A stretch of 63,580 nt of DNA, filler included, from Choristocarpus tenellus KU-1152 (lineage: Eukaryota; Protista; Phaeophyceae), in NCBI GenBank assembly GCA_964200185.2. It is 7 parts of 7 records of this genome, joined end to end, with 100 filler letters (N's around TTAATTAATTAA, not from the genome) between each part and the next. Parts side by side here need not be neighbours in the genome. Positions count along the whole stretch, not along the records: positions 60,744 to 63,580 come from CAXNAD020024314.1; 6 more parts are not named here. One strand, given 5' to 3'. Shown piece by piece: positions 61,237 through 63,580 of this stretch. A model generated the notes under the pieces. The model saw only the letters and a program-made list of their open reading frames with translations, searched no databases and was not told the DNA's origin. How positions within the stretch are numbered: position 1 is the stretch's first letter; each line of letters opens with the position of its first letter. Made by a program: the position numbers and the translations under genes.

Positions 61237-63580
61237 GAAAAACTACTCCTGGAACGTACTTCCTGCCGATCAAAATGGACAATGGGAGGGTGTCGACCAG
61301 GGTCTATGAGGGCTCATGTAGGTTACGACTCCCCTTCCTCGGAACTTCTGACGTCTCAAAAAATAGATGACGGGAGCTGGGTCGGTATCCACACTCTAGC
61401 CAACACAATCAGAGGGACGGAGGTGGGAATGTGGTCTGCTGCGCTTCATTTGTGTTGCCGTGTTCCTACTCTGATTTTGGGATGAACGTGTGGCGAATGT
61501 TCTATTTCTTTACCCTGCTGGGTGTCCCTGCCAGCACCCTCTTCGTGTCTTGTGTACTTGGCTTCAGCACCTCACACCTCTCAATCGATATCAGTTGCCT
61601 TACGCTTTCTAGAGAACTATACTCGCCCAGTCAGATTAAGGTGTTGCGACAATCCTGTCGAGCGGTAATCCTGTTAAGTAAACCCGTGCCCCGTTGTGAC
61701 AACCATGATAGACTACTGTGGACCTTTGGTGACCAGGGGTACTGCAGGCCTCTCACACTCGAGAAGCTGTACATGGGTAACAGGGGACGTCTGTACCAAT
61801 GGGAAAGAGCAGTGCAAGTTCCGCCAGTTAGTCGGTACTATGATACAGCAGGTGCAGAAGAGGAAGAATAGTGGCGGGGGGGGTGCTTGGGCAGACCCCA
61901 GAGGGCTGTATTGGTGAAAAAGAAGAGAAGACCAGTCAGTTGGCAGCAACTATGCTCCAGACGCACCAAGGGGAAGAAGGCGCTGGAAGGAGCTCTCCCT
62001 GGGGGGGGAAAGAGGAGGAGAAGCTCCACCAGCTGGCAGCCAAAGTCCTCCAGCAGCACCAAGAGCAAATGGGTAGAGATGGGCTGTGTCTGGGTAGCAG
62101 GAGGGTGGGCTGTTCATAGGGGGTCTATTCCTACCTGTCCAGAAGCTAATGACCTGGCTAAATGTGTGTGTGTATGGATCTGGTGCAAAGTTCAAATTGA
62201 TTGACAGGGGATTCTAAGCAAATCAAAGCACCGCAGTGCAGAAGGGAGAGATCCCTTGTCCTCTGGAGCACCCACTGTCAATGGGGAACCCCAACTGTCA
62301 TAGCGTAGTGTCCTGATCTCTACACCACTGGTCTAGCTGGTCATACACAATCAATATTTATCTTAGAATAATTCAAGTTCATGCAGTACCATTGTGATAG
62401 CTGACGTATGTAATGCAAAAGTAGCAGGTAAGGGAATCCAAGAAGATTAGGGCACGTGCACACCCACCAGTGCCTACAGGATGTTGCTCTTCTCATAGTC
62501 GTTTTCCCTTCGGGGTAGATCATTTCCTACAACTCTCTTTCCTTCATGTGATAGGAGATGAGTAATGTTAGAATTGATGGACCAGGTGTAGCACTGAATG
62601 TCTTATCATTTTTTTTCTGTAGGATTCAAGGGTCAAACCTAGACTTCGAAAAAAGTCGATAATGCGAAACACAATGCAAATTGCATTGAAAAGCAGAGTA
62701 CATGAAAGATTCTAAGAAGTGAAGACACAAGAGCTATCATCAGGAGGATGCATAGAACAGTTGGGGAGAGAGGGGGCTAGTGCGGAGCTGCTCCATTGAT
62801 ATGGCGAGTTGGAGCCCTCCCCTCTATATTACACTCATTTTCAATTAAATTTTGTTTCGATTACTCAAAGTCTGTATGGCAAGCACTGTGGATTATACAC
62901 CTCTACTATCCTATTTGCTGATAATTCACAAAAATGCGGATAACTTTGAGGAGGGTCCAATGCATTTAATTGGGTAGAGTTGTTGAAACCTTAATCGATT
63001 GGATCGTACATGTAAGCAAAATGCGTAGACTACGAGCAATGAGGAATCATGGTGTCGCAAGCACCAATGAGTGATATGCCTAGTCTATGTTATGGATGTC
63101 TATGTTATAGGTGTGATTGTGTTGTAAAGCACCGATGTATTTATTATGTTGTAACTGAGGTCATTGATCTCTCACTCAAGAATGAGGCGATGTGAATTCA
63201 GTGTTCTTTCATNNNNNNNNNNGATACTCAACGAAAGAAATCCATGCTCTGTGGAGAGGCTTGTTACCTTGGCTGGCAAGGGTTTCCGCAGATGATTTTT
63301 ACTCTGATTATATTACATCCAATGCGTGTGTTTGATACACAGTTTGCAGAGTGGCGTTGATGCAATTTGAGAGATCAATGGCAGTCACGAAAAGATAATA
63401 TAATCAACCATCAATGTACAACTGTCATCTGCTGCTGATAAGAAGAAATGGTGAAAGAAAAACAAACAACAGAACCACAGAACAACAGAACAAAATTGAA
63501 ACAATATGTGATGCAACTCTAGTGACGTACACTGTACCATACTATTTTTGTGAAACGCAGAGCGACTGTTCTATGCTAAG

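Noticed and set aside
61284-61342. Possible tRNA/SINE B-box (GGTTACGACTCCC)
   Set aside because: No cloverleaf and no second copy in the window.

Overview
This is eukaryotic, intron-rich nuclear DNA, most consistent with a photosynthetic stramenopile such as a brown alga or relative (inference from an ASAFAP-type plastid presequence, TTAGGG tracts and a CRE-like LINE style I associate with brown algae). The window is not one contiguous locus. It holds seven contigs joined by artificial 100-nt N44-TTAATTAATTAA-N44 linkers, so gene neighbourhoods are meaningful only within a contig. Most ORFs in the supplied track are spurious or exon read-throughs. Manual splicing gives the following genes: a partial XPB/ERCC3 helicase gene (15 exons, two GC-AG introns); a plastid-targeted DAGFSGDW-motif membrane protein head-to-head with a complete 7-exon, 792-aa vitamin K-dependent gamma-glutamyl carboxylase (GGCX/HTTM)-like gene that has a rewired active site; a partial NECAP gene; a two-exon FCS/FLZ-like zinc-finger gene not shown intact by the ORF track; an ankyrin-repeat gene; and several unidentified multi-exon genes. 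Repeats include a six-copy ~260-bp MITE family, a related element ending in poly-G at contig ends, CRE-like LINE fragments, decayed Copia RT, a degenerate tandem-RING ORF and long fold-back palindromes. No CRISPR array, rRNA or convincing tRNA was seen. All homology calls come from motif recognition, not from searches.
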